A DNA stretch of 64,000 nucleotides from Amphiscolops sp. MND2022 (Eukaryota). This document shows positions 49,860 through 61,600 of the stretch, piece by piece. Under the pieces are notes generated by a model. That model had not been told where the DNA came from. It made no database searches and saw only the letters and a list, made by a program, of their open reading frames with translations. The stretch covers positions 68,264,001 through 68,328,000 of the forward strand of contig OZ076409.1 of NCBI GenBank assembly GCA_964187785.1, in the 5' to 3' direction. Positions within the stretch are counted from its first letter, which is position 1. Every line of letters begins with the position of its first letter. Made by a program: the position numbers and the translations under genes.

Positions 49860-50545
49860 ATGTGTTAAAGATGAACAACTCACAAAAACGAACAATTTAC
49901 ATGCAATTTCAAGTTAAAATGAACATGAAGATGTAAAATGGATGAACAGTCACTAAAAATCACATGAAAAACGCATAAAAACAAAACGCGATGTAAAACG
50001 GATGAATATCAACTAAAATTTCATATAAAACAGACGACAAAAATCACGAGATGAAAAAAGGATGAATTCGCATGAAAATTTACATCATACAAACAAGAGA
50101 TGAAAAAGCGATGAATTTAACCAAAACTAGCTTACAAACATGCAATAATTAATAGCGATGTATTCGAGATGGAAAACACCATCAGAATGCGAACAAAGCA
50201 ACAGTCATCCTATCATAATACTCTAGCTCGGCTAGAGGAGGAAATAGCGATGAATTCGACCAACAAACTCACTGAATACATGAACACAACCGATAAGATG
50301 TATTTGTGATGGAAACTACCATCAACTCAATAATGAATTCATCGTCAGACCAAGCACAATACTCTAGCTCGGCTAGAGGATGGCTTAGCGATGAACTTAG
50401 TCTAAATCAACTTAACAAATGAAAATTAATTTGAAAGATGAATTTGCGATGGGAAACACAATCAACATGGCAATACATTCATCGTTTACTACCACAATAC
50501 TCTCGCTCGGCTAGAGGATGAGAAAACGATGAATTTAATCCATCG
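49860..50545. repeat. GATG-N7-GATG ~60-bp units followed by three ~140-bp units containing a hairpin
   Basis: Motif pairs at ~49930, 49990, 50050 and 50099. CTCTAGC-TCG-GCTAGAG at 50221, 50362 and (variant) 50500. Confidence 0.75.
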
Positions 50546-50917
50546 AAGACCCGAAATCCATCAAAACGGACAACCCGATACATGTAAATACAAACATACA
50601 AGAAAACTCGATGACGTAACGCCGGTAAACAGACAATTCCAAATTACATGTACCTAAATAAATAGCACATCAATGACACACACATGTATCATCCTATAAC
50701 GAAGGATATAAAATATGCAATTCACATACAATCCAAACACACCTAGACAACAATTGACGAACCAAACAATCGAAAATACATGAAGCCTACTAATTTACAT
50801 ACAAATTATAAGAATTGACGAAACAACCACATGACGAATAAAGGAGTGAGCCCCCCCGGTAAACATCAGTTCATAACAAGTAAAATACCCCTATCGAAAA
50901 GCCAAAAACATTCCTTC

Positions 50918-51080
50918 GTGCTGGCTGGCATTTCTCTGAAAAGAGTGCTGGTTAGTTGAGGCGGAGAGCTCACAACCATATTCGGATGAAACTTGCTGCG
51001 TTGGTTATCCAGCGGCTAGTGGATTCTCAGTTAGTTTTGTAGGGGCTTTGTGACGACAAAGCCCTGTCCAAATTGACGAA
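50918..51080 (+). ncRNA. Candidate structured cis-RNA element downstream of pol in Gypsy D
   Basis: Homologue of 29591-29737. Hairpins include CTCT-GAAA-AGAG and GGGCTTTGT-GACG-ACAAAGCCC. G-U pairs favour the genomic-RNA strand. Confidence 0.6.
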
Positions 51081-52137
51081 CAAAATCAAAAAATAATCAA
51101 CATGCAAATAATGGGGAGACCCATTAATACATTGCGAAGAACACCAAGAATTTCAAAACGACATATAAAGTTAAAAGTATGATGAAAATCATACCGACGC
51201 GCTATAAAATGAATAAAACACTTGCACAACATACGAAAATCACATTTCCGAAAACGTAATAATCACATAGCCACGAAAAAGCGCACAAAAACAAAATTTC
51301 AAACGTAAGATGAAAAGAAGATGAACTAGACTCAACAACGTGTAAAAGCTTTAGAATTCAAACTCGCTATGAAAAGACGATGAATTATGCTAACAAAAAA
51401 CATGTAACAACATGCAATGTCTCTTACATAACGAACGATGTAAAAAAAGATGAGAAAACAGTTTTCGCGACGTCGCTCGGTCGACTGAGGAAAACACGAT
51501 AAAAATGAGATGAAAAATCAATAGCGGAACGCTGATATACTACCTGCACGTACATGAGATGTAACAACGATGAACACCGTGAGAAAAGCCATCTGAGACT
51601 TCCGACAACGAAAAAGCGATGTAAAAACGATGACAAATGAACCTTGAAAACATTGACGGACACGACCTATTAGCCAAAAATGTTAATTCGCAAACCTCTC
51701 CTATCTTTTGTCGCTATCACTATCAACTCACGAGAAAAACAACTATCGGGCACCAAATATTTAATACTGTAAATAGACATCGCTACCGACCTTTCCGACG
51801 TAGCGGGGATTTCCCGCTTCATCTTTCTTTTCACTCGAGAGTCATACTCAAAGTTGGTTACCCATTAAAATGCTAACAATGCTGCCAAATAATACAAATG
51901 ATGCAAATAATACAAATGATGCAAGGTTTTAAAACTAAAGTTTACGAAAAACTAATTGCCGATCTCAGGACTCATTGCACGCTCTCCTTCTCGATCATAT
52001 CCGAGCTGCTCATGAATATGCTGTCGATAATCCTCATTCGCTACAACACCAATGTCGTCCCAAAGTAGCTCCTCAGTAAATCCCGACAAATCCACAATGC
52101 GTCCAATTGCCTCAGTCACTTCATCAAGTAGTGGACC

Positions 52138-53068
52138 TGTTGGCGCCAGTCATCAGAAGGCAAAGAAACTCGATTCAGAACATGCTGGTTGAGAAACAAG
52201 ACTTAAACTCCAAAAAACTTGAAGAAAGTTGATGAAAATTTGAAGAAAAGTCGATCATCAATTTTCTGCAACCCCCCCCAAATGGGTTTTCTCCAAGACT
52301 ATTAATCATAGAGCCATGAAACTTGGCACACATACGCAAGTACCTAACACAAACACACCGGCCAAGTTTCAAGGTCATCCACCCATTATAACCACCTTTA
52401 CCCCTCACATGTGTGATATTCAAGGTCAATGAGACAAAAATGTAAAATTTTGTTATTTACCCATATGACCCACATTAGAATGTAACTCTGTTGCAATTGA
52501 TGATATGTACATAGTGTAAACATGCTTTAGAGCCCACCTAACCAACATGCCAAAACCACCACATAGTTTGTTTACTTAGCCAATAACTTTAATAATTCAC
52601 TTAAATGTCATTTTATTTATACCACATATTTCAACTGATATTTGTTTTATATTTACTGTAGAATTGTAAACCAGATTTATACCATAATTAGATAGAGATT
52701 TTTTCCACTGAATAGCTATAGTCAAGTTGGGTCTCAGGACCGCGAGACTAATTAATCTACTTCTCAATCTTCACAACTTTTCGCTAGAGTCAGAGCGACT
52801 AAGTAGCTACTCTCATAGTTGGAGAGCCGGAGCGCGTGAAGATACAGTGAGGGAAGTGTGTGCAGGATCACATCGGATCCAATTCAGTGCAAAAAGGAAT
52901 AGCAGGAGATTCCACGGGTCTTATCGGACCCACCAGCCAAAAGATACAGTCCTTTAAAACAAGAAAATCAGGAATTGTTTAGTAACGGTCCACAGTACTA
53001 AGCAACGGATCAGGGCGGCGTAAAGCTTGTCAAGCCTCAGCGCAGGATAAGGGCAAGCAGCCGTTACA
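52138..53068 (+). repeat. 5' LTR of BEL element (931 bp)
   Basis: TG...CA; direct repeat of 57754-58670. Confidence 0.93.
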
Positions 53069-53192
53069 TTTGGTCCGCCGACCCGGACAACTCGTTGGTG
53101 GACGACCCGGACTAGAAGAAGACGACTCGTTGGTGTACAACTGAGAAGATTGCCCAGGAAGAACAAGTGTCTGATTCTTGGAGTCTCTGACT

Positions 53193-53413
53193 TTGTGTCT
53201 CTGGGAGATTGGCCTACTGTGTCTCTGGGAGATTGGGCTACTGTGTCTCTGGGAGATTGGGCTACTGTGTCTCTGGGAGATTGGGCTATTGTGTCTCTGG
53301 GAGATTGGGCTATTGTGTCTCTGGGAGATTGAGCTACTGTGTGTCTGGGAGATTGGGCTATTGTGTCTCTTGGATATTGGGCTATCGTGTCTCTGGGAGA
53401 TTGGGCTATCGTG
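53193..53413. repeat. Minisatellite, 9 x 24 bp (CTGTGTCTCTGGGAGATTGGGCTA), in the BEL 5' UTR
   Basis: Head-to-tail units without spacers; an 8-aa repeat appears in the ORF track. Confidence 0.95.
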
Positions 53414-53448
53414 ACTTTGGGAACTGAGTTCAATCGACAAGAGAAGAG

Positions 53449-56400
53449 ATGGCAGAACCAAAACGGTTCGATATCAACAAAATCGAAAACTTCCTGAAGA
53501 ACTCTGCTGACAAAGCCCAAACTTTGAGTTATTGGAATGCAGCTGTCGAGCACGGCAAAACGATCAAAGAAATTGATGAGAACCTAGCTAGCAATGTTGA
53601 CGACAAGCAGATAGCAGATTTACTGCTAAGACGAACAGATGCCATAAACAGGAGAGATCGGCTCATTATGGCAGTCGAAAATGCAATCAAAGTCAAGTAC
53701 CAACCGCTGATTCCCGAAATGTTCTCAGCAGTGAACAGAGCAATGCAGAGCCGATGGGTTGAGTTACAGCAGCAAAGCTCTAGCGTTGGAAGGGTAAAAA
53801 CACTGATGTCAGCCTTGCAAGATGGAAATCAGATACTAAATTACTTGGATCTTGACGAAAACAAACGTGCTATTGATAGACTAATGGTTAGCAACGAAAA
53901 GTTGCGAGAAGATTCAATCGCAAATGGCAATGACGCCAACGAAGAAGATTATGTTGCAGCATGTCAAGAATTGCTCCAGAAAAGGTCTGATATCAAAACA
54001 AAAATTGAAACTCTGCTGAAGTCAGGAAACGAGGGAGCCATTTTGCGAAGTCTTGAAGACGCTGAACAAAGACTGGCAGACGCTCGTGTAAACTCAGCAG
54101 CAGACAAATCCAGTAAAAATGGTACCTCACCACAAAAGGAACCACAATCAACCAATGAGCAAAAAGGACACGATGATGGTCATAACGCGAATGACAGACA
54201 AGAGCGAAGAAATAGAGCTAGATCACTGCAAATTGAAGCATTGAGCATGCATTCGCGAAGTGACAAAACCAAAAGCAACAAGACGTCTGTGATTTCAAAA
54301 ACATCAAGCGCAAGAAGAGTTCTACACTTGGAGCTAAAAGCTCTGAAAGAGCAAGAAGAACTGCAATCCCGCCTGGAGAAACTGGGAAGAGAAACAAAAC
54401 AAAAGGAAATGGAAATAGCAGACTTGCAAGGTGAGGTGGCCCGCAAGGTCAGAATTGCAGAAAAGGAAATAGAACTGGCGAAATTTTCAAGTAGTTGTGG
54501 CACCAGCTTGCGAAGTATTCCACCAGTCGAGTCACCAGACGACAATTTGACGAAAGTCTCAGATTGGATGGACAAGACAGAAGAAGCTGAAAACCTGGCA
54601 TCGACGACTAACGTGCCATCTGTATACCAGCAAACGTCCGTCTCAGCACCAGTAAGAACAGTACAATCGATGCATGAAGGACAATGCTCTGCGCTAGTGA
54701 GGGACTTGAATCCTCCAGTGAAACCGACTATATCCACCGAAGCCGCTAGTCGAGGTATTGGAAAGCACAGAACAAAGACTGTCATAGATGCTGTCAGTCA
54801 AAGAGCAACAGCACAACCAGAAGTGAAATTCGCCCCATCGAAGCCGTCGATGACTCTCAGTGCAGACCCGAATCGGTTACCGCCTACGTTTGGAGGCACC
54901 CAAAGTGGTGCATTTCAAGTACCACAGCTTGCGAACACACAAAAACAGTATTTGCCCGGTCAAGAACCAAACTTTGCCTCAAATGCAAAAGATGACTACT
55001 ACATCAGATCTAGCTTGCCAAAATTGAAGTTAGCAGAATTCTCAGGTGACCCATTGGAGTGGCCAGAGTGGTCACAACTATTCCAAGCAACCGTCCATGC
55101 AGCGAACATAGACGACAGTGTAAAAATGAACCACCTGAAAACAATGGTCACGGGCAAAGCGAAAGAGGCTATTGCTGGTCTGGGGTACACTGCTGAGATG
55201 TACAATGTGGCGTGGAACGTTCTAGTTCGAAATTTTGGAAAACCTCAAATGGTTGTGAACGCCCAGTTGAAGCGAATCTATTCCTTCCCTCCGATGAAAC
55301 CTTATGATGGAACCGCATTGATCAAGTTTGCAAGAATAGTGTCGAGTTGCGTGAATGTTCTGACACAATTCAATTACGTGGGAGACCTAAACTCAGAAGG
55401 AGTTCTGGGCAGTGCCACAAGGAAGTTAACACTGGACATGAAAACGAAGTGGCTAACTTATGTCAAGCAAATGAACCTGTATCAACCTGGACTCGCTGTG
55501 TTCAGTGAATGGCTCAATGATATAGCAGATGTTCAAGATGAATTGCTATTTTAATCGAATCCAAAAGCTGATTGCGCGAAGACGAGCTACAAGGAAAAGG
55601 CCGAAGGCTCTACGTTTGCAACATCAGCCACAAACACAGCAAATGACAATTCGAAAACTCAGCGAGAGTGTGTGTTGAAAGATGGTCAACATCCGATATG
55701 GAAATGTGAGAAATTCAAGAAGATGAACGTGGAAGAAAGAGGACAAAGGGCGAAAGAACTGAAGCTGTGCTTCAAATGCTTGTCAGACGCACATCAGATG
55801 AGAAATTGCTCTGGTAGACTCTGCGACGTCAATGGTTGCGGAAAACCTCATCACCGATTGCTACACCGACCTTACAAGAACGAGGAACAGATGCAAAATG
55901 TTGAAAATGTCGATGAGGTCTCAAACCTGTCCTCAATGAGAAGCAGTGGAGTGCTTCCAGTCATTCCTGTAACGATAGGGAGTGGGAGCAAAACTCTGAA
56001 AACGTTCGCTTTGTGTGACTCTGGAGCAAGCCTGTCCTTCGTGGACGAGAGCCTGATGAAAACGCTAAATCTGACTGGACAACCAGTGAATTTGAATGTT
56101 GCAGGGATTCATGGTGCGTCAGATATTAGTAGCAAACGACTAAGGGTCAGGATTGGCGATCAACAAGGAAAAGTCAAAGAAGATATCATGACCTATAGTC
56201 ATCCCGACGTAAATGCAGGAAATCGAACGTACAACCTCAAGAAATTGAAGGAAGAATATCCACACCTGTCAGTGCTGAAAGATTCTACCAACAACCTGAA
56301 AGATGTAAAAGTCATCTTGGGACAAGATTGTTACCACTTGCATAGAGCCATTGGGTTTAGAAAATTTGGAAAGTCAAAACCTTGGGCCGTATTGACAAAA

Positions 56401-57808
56401 TTGGGGTGGATGCTTAGTGGACCCTTGTCTCAACAAGAAACTGCGAAGTTCGCCACTGAAAGTTTGGTTTTTGCAGATGTGGATCCAATGGTGGATCAGA
56501 TGAAAACTCGGTCGAGCATGGAAGTGTATACTTCCCACTGCAGCGTATCCGAAGTGTCCAAGGAAAATACGGAGAACTCACCAGACATATTCGTTGTAGA
56601 AAGAAACTGGAAGGAAGTCAGTACTAAACCCCTCCTTTTGGAGATCAAGCAAGTCTGGCGAGACGAAATGTACCTAGCTGTGAGTGACCATATAATTGTC
56701 GAACAAGACGAAAACATGGGTTTCTCAATTGTAGAAGAAAAGACGAACATGAAAGTTTTGCAATTAAATCAAACCTCCGAACCCTGGAAGACTTTACTGT
56801 GATGCTTGATTTGGTGAAACAGAATATGGATGTCGCCTCTGTGCGACAGCATGTGGAAGAAACGCAATCAACTCAAAAGCAAGCAATAAAGCTCGCTGTC
56901 AACACTCTAACACATGAAGAGGGAAGAAAATGTTCTCAAATGGACATAAAAATTGAATTCGTAAAAGAGTGTCATGTCGAACTTCAGGAATATCCAAGAG
57001 GAAAAACGATATTTCGAAGACACTCCAATAATTTGTTGAAACGCAACCAACCGTCTGAAGAGAACACAAGTGATCGAACAAAAGCCGTAAAGATGTCACT
57101 TTGGAGAAAACATGATGTTGAGCTGAAAGAAAAACCACTGGACAAAATTATTCCAAACGACAGAGAAAATTGTAACAACTGGTTAGGTAATGGAAACTCA
57201 GGAATGGATGCAGTGGCACAAGCTAACCCTATTGTGTACACTCAACTGAGCAGTGGTCACGGCAAGCAATTCGAGAAACGAGCTTGGAAATTTGAACATA
57301 GCTCATACCTATTAGATGGAATGGTCGAAAGTGTTCAATTGACAACTGGCATCCTATATGCAAAGATTGTGATTGATGAATTCGAGATGAAATATCGCTG
57401 ATGGAAACGCAATTAGTTTCTTCAAAAGCACAAACAACAACAAGTTTGGAAAATGGGCCTGTCATAGGGCCGGCTGTATCATGGGAAGAAATGATTATGC
57501 AACTAGAATTCTTTGGAAAATGGAATAAAGAAGTTAGACAACTTTGAGTCAATGATTTGGTTTGGATTGTAGATGACAATGTGGAAAGAGCTCGCTACAA
57601 GATGGCTAAAGTGATAGAAGTCTTTCATGGAAGCGATGGGCGAATGAGATCAGCGCTGGTGAAAACTGAAGATGGAAAACTCAAAAGACCAGTAGTGAAA
57701 CTGGCACCCATGTTCTACGAAAGTGTTTTTCGGGAGAAAAACAGGGCCGGCAAAGTTGGCGCCAGTCATCAGAAGGCAAAGAAACTCGATTCAGAACATG
57801 CTGGTTGA
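53449..57808 (+). pseudogene. BEL gag-protease ORF with eroded pol remnant
   Basis: BEL gag motif PKLKLAEFSGDPLEWPEW; stop at 55552; zinc knuckles (CFKCLSDAHQMRNC, CGKPHHRLLH); protease LCDSGAS...LGWMLSGP; integrase C-terminal tail VWIVDD...GSDGRMRSALVK..KRPVVKL. No YVDD-type RT motif. Confidence 0.88.
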
Positions 57809-58670
57809 GAAACAAGACTTAAACTCCAAAAAACTTAGATGAAAATTTGAAGAAAAGTCGATCATCAATTTTCTGCAAACCCCCCCCCAAATGGGTTTTC
57901 TCCAAGACTATTATTCATAGAGCCATGAAACTTGGCACACATACGCAAGTACCTAACACAAACACACCGGCCAAGTTTCAAGGTCATCCACCCTTTATAA
58001 CCCCCTTTACCCCTCACATGTGTGATATTCAAGGTCATTGAGACAAAAATGTAAACTTTGTTATTTACCCATATGACCCACATTAGAATGTAACTCTGTT
58101 GATGATATTTACATAGTGTAAACATGCTTTGGAGCCCAGGTAACCAACATTCCAAAACCACCACATAGTTTGTTTACTTAGCCAATAACTTTAATAATTC
58201 ACTTAAAGGTCATTTTATTTATACCACATATTTCAACTGATATTTGTTTTATATTTACTGTAGAATTGTAAACCAGATTTATACCATAATTAGATAGAGA
58301 TTTTCTCCACTGAATAGCTATAGTCAAGTTGGGTCTCAGGACCGCGAGACTAATTAATCTACTTCTCAATCTTCACAACTTTTCGCTAGAGTCAGAGCGA
58401 CTAAGTAGCTACTCTCATAGTTGGAGAGCCGGAGCCCGTGAAGATACAGTGAGGGAAGTGTGTGCAGGATCACATCGGATCCAATTCAGTGCAAAAAGGA
58501 ATCGCAGGAGATTCCACGGGTCCCATCGGACCCACCAGCCAAAAGATACAGTCCTTTAAAACAAGAAAATCAGGAATTGTTTAGTAACGGTCCACAGTAC
58601 TAAGCAACGGATCAGGGCGGCGTAAAGCTTGTCAAGCCTCAGCGCAGGATAAGGGCAAGCAGCCGTTACA
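57754..58670 (+). repeat. 3' LTR of BEL element (917 bp, first T changed to A)
   Basis: Direct repeat of 52138-53068, followed by TSD GGACC. Confidence 0.93.
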
Positions 58671-61600
58671 GGACCCCCAACACTCTCGTACACACGTAGT
58701 TGATGCGCTTTCAAATAACCTAGGACCGTTGCGCACACACTGCTGGTCACATCGCCGGACAAGCGCCCCACTTCAACACACTTAGTCTCCAACGGAAACT
58801 GCGGACTCTCACATAAACATAATAGGAACCGCAGAAATCGCACTGATGCTTCACTGTCACAGGCTCGTAGGAGGTCGACTTCAGAACCAGCTGTAGATAC
58901 CACACTAGGACCCACTAGAGCACGATAGTTCGACACAAATTTTGTCACACTCCGATCCATACGTCTGCGTTCTGCTGAGGTAACTCGGTTCAGTTCTAAC
59001 TCAGTAAAGTGTCTAGCTTCATTCAAGATGAGATCTTCCTCTGCAATGAACAGAACAGCTGGACAACAAATACCCAAATAGAAGGTCACTTCCTCTTTCA
59101 AACCTTTCACTGTTAGTACTTCCTCCACAACTGTCAACAAGAATTTCTGCACCAGAACCAGATCTTCTTCATATTGAGTAGAATTTGCGTAGTATTCAGA
59201 GTGCACAGAGAGTACTCCTCGCAACAATTCCATTTTGGCTTCACTCAACTCCAAATCAGACACGGTGATGCCCAAACAGGCACGCACATTCGTCACTGGG
59301 GGGAGGTTAGCTTCGTCGACAACATGAACCAACAGAGCTCGTAAAAAGCATGCACTCTCGTATGCCCAATGGCACCCACAAACAGGACTATCGCTGAAGC
59401 TCCATTGATATGAAGTCACTACTAAAACATCACCAATCACGCATAATTGACCATTTGTCCTAAAATCAACAATCCAGCCCCCCCCCCACCAAGTTTAGAA
59501 AAAATCACCCAAATAATCCTTACGAATGAGAACCAAACTAAACAAACTTACGAGCACGGAACACAAGATTTAAAGCATGCAGTCGCACAGGCACACTTGG
59601 ATCGCCGCACAAAACATAATCCAGTGGCTCCGCCGCACCCGCGGCATCAGGCGTCCTGAGCAGTCCACACACGAATAGCCAGTTTTCGTGTAGTTCGGCA
59701 AGAACATCAGGCACATCCCACAACGAAACTTCGCCTTCCAAGACCGACTACAAAACAAACCACAAGATGAAACAACCTTCTACTACACGCAACCCTCTCC
59801 CACAGGAACCATATGAATCGAGTACAATCATTACCATGCATGACCAAAAACGTAAATGGAAAATGCCTATTATACATACCCGCAACAGTTTTGGGCAAGA
59901 CAGCAACATCTCATCCTTCATGAAGGGTTTAAGACGAGACTGCAGGTGATTGAGGATGACATGCACATCAGTACCCCCCAAAACCCGGACACTGGCAGTG
60001 ATCACCACTCTGTTGATGTCCGCCAGTCGCAAAGGTACCAGACTGATTGTTCCAAGTCAAGCACTGGAAGTCAGAGCCCAATTGAGTCGTGGGAACAATT
60101 CGCAATTTAACCCCAGAGGACAGATTTCACCAACAGCACCACAGAGCAGATTGACAATCCATGTAACTAGTCGCCCCTCCCAGTCCTGTGCATAACTGAA
60201 CGAGAAAACGATGTAGTTGGTAATTCCTTCAGCAGTACATATAATCACACGCCCAACGATTCTGTCCGCTACTATCCCAATGGAGAAACTGCTGAACGCG
60301 GACTCAAACCACAGGGTAATCAACCGACGCATTACATAGGGCCACAAACCCAGAATGAACACTCTCTAAACGAACCACATAATATTGTACATACAAAACG
60401 AGTACTCACAACCCGAAGATCATACTTAGACTACAACAGTCAAAATACAAAATTCATTTTATCCTAATCACGCACCTAACAAACACATCATAAAATATAG
60501 CAAATATGATTACCAAAACATCTTCGATTCGGCACTTTAGTCCAAACAGAGTCACATGCTGCGCATCGGTAGCCACCATCAATTCCCATAGCCCACACAC
60601 GCTCGCTAGATCGCAATCCCGATACAAAGCGTCAATAGCTAGGCAGAGGAACAATCGCACAGTACGTTCTAGGCCGTCCGTCTCGTCACGCTCCAGATCG
60701 TCCCAGACAGACCTTCCATCCAGTTCTAACTGAAAAACTTCCGCCGGAGTAGCATCGGGACACCTTTCCACAACAGGCACGGTCACGCCTTCTAAGAGAG
60801 CAGCCTGATTAACACTGGCAGTCGTCGACATCAAATTGCCATCGCGATCGCGCAACGCAAGCCCTCGTCTGAGTCGTACGAGACAGTCGAGACGATGATG
60901 CTGTACTCCACGACAATGTTCCATGAAAGTCGTGATCCCACGACTTGCGACTTTCACATCTCGCTTGCACAGCACACACCGCACGTACGACGCCCGAGAT
61001 TGATGATTCTTCGCATAGCCTAATGCAAGGCCGCAATAGGCATGGTTAAACCAACTGAGAGCAATCCGCTTCTGCCCTGTTTTCAAAACATCATACAAAT
61101 AGAACCATTACTTAACCCCCTACCACCGAAAATCAAAAATTATAACCCAAAACAAGCTCTTACACATCCTTCAAAAACTGAAAAAAGAAAAAACAACCGC
61201 AAACTTCAAAAGGCTCACCCGGAGTGATGAAAAAATGATGTAAAATAATATTTTCATCGGGAAATATAAGCGAAAAACGACGAAAAAACGATAGGATGAA
61301 AAAAAAAGATGTATAAAGCGACTTTTGAACCAAAATTGAGGCATTTCAGAGCAAAAACGATTCAAGGATGAAAAGGAGATGTAAACTGAAAAGAAATGAC
61401 GAAGAGATAAACTAAAACCCAAACGAGAAAATTCCAAGGATGTAAAAGAGATGGAATATAGTAAAAATGGCTAAAATGTGAAAAGGAAGAAAACACCACG
61501 CTTGAAAACTTTGAAAGATGAGAAAATGATGAAAAGTGAAAACTTGAACAAACCATCTGACGAAAGTTCTAAAACGATGGGAAATAGATGGAAGGACTGA

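Larger units (their letters stand above)
52138..58670 (+). mobile_element. BEL/Pao LTR retrotransposon, non-autonomous (RT and integrase core missing)
   Basis: LTRs 52138-53068 and 57754-58670. TSD GGACC (52133-52137, 58671-58675). PBS TGGTCCGCCGACCCGGA at 53071-53087. Purine-rich tract before 57754. Confidence 0.93.

Noticed and set aside
50975..51030. Hammerhead ribozyme or SECIS element
   Set aside because: It lacks the CUGAUGA plus GAAA hammerhead core. It also lacks the conserved apical AA of SECIS, and helix II is too short in C. Kept only as an unassigned structured RNA.
51886..51924. 18-bp direct duplication CAAATAATACAAATGATG
   Set aside because: Simple local slippage; no sign of function.
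53193..53413. CRISPR array or repeat-protein ORFs
   Set aside because: Units are contiguous with no unique spacers and there are no cas genes. The ORFs in several frames are by-products of a stop-free 24-mer.
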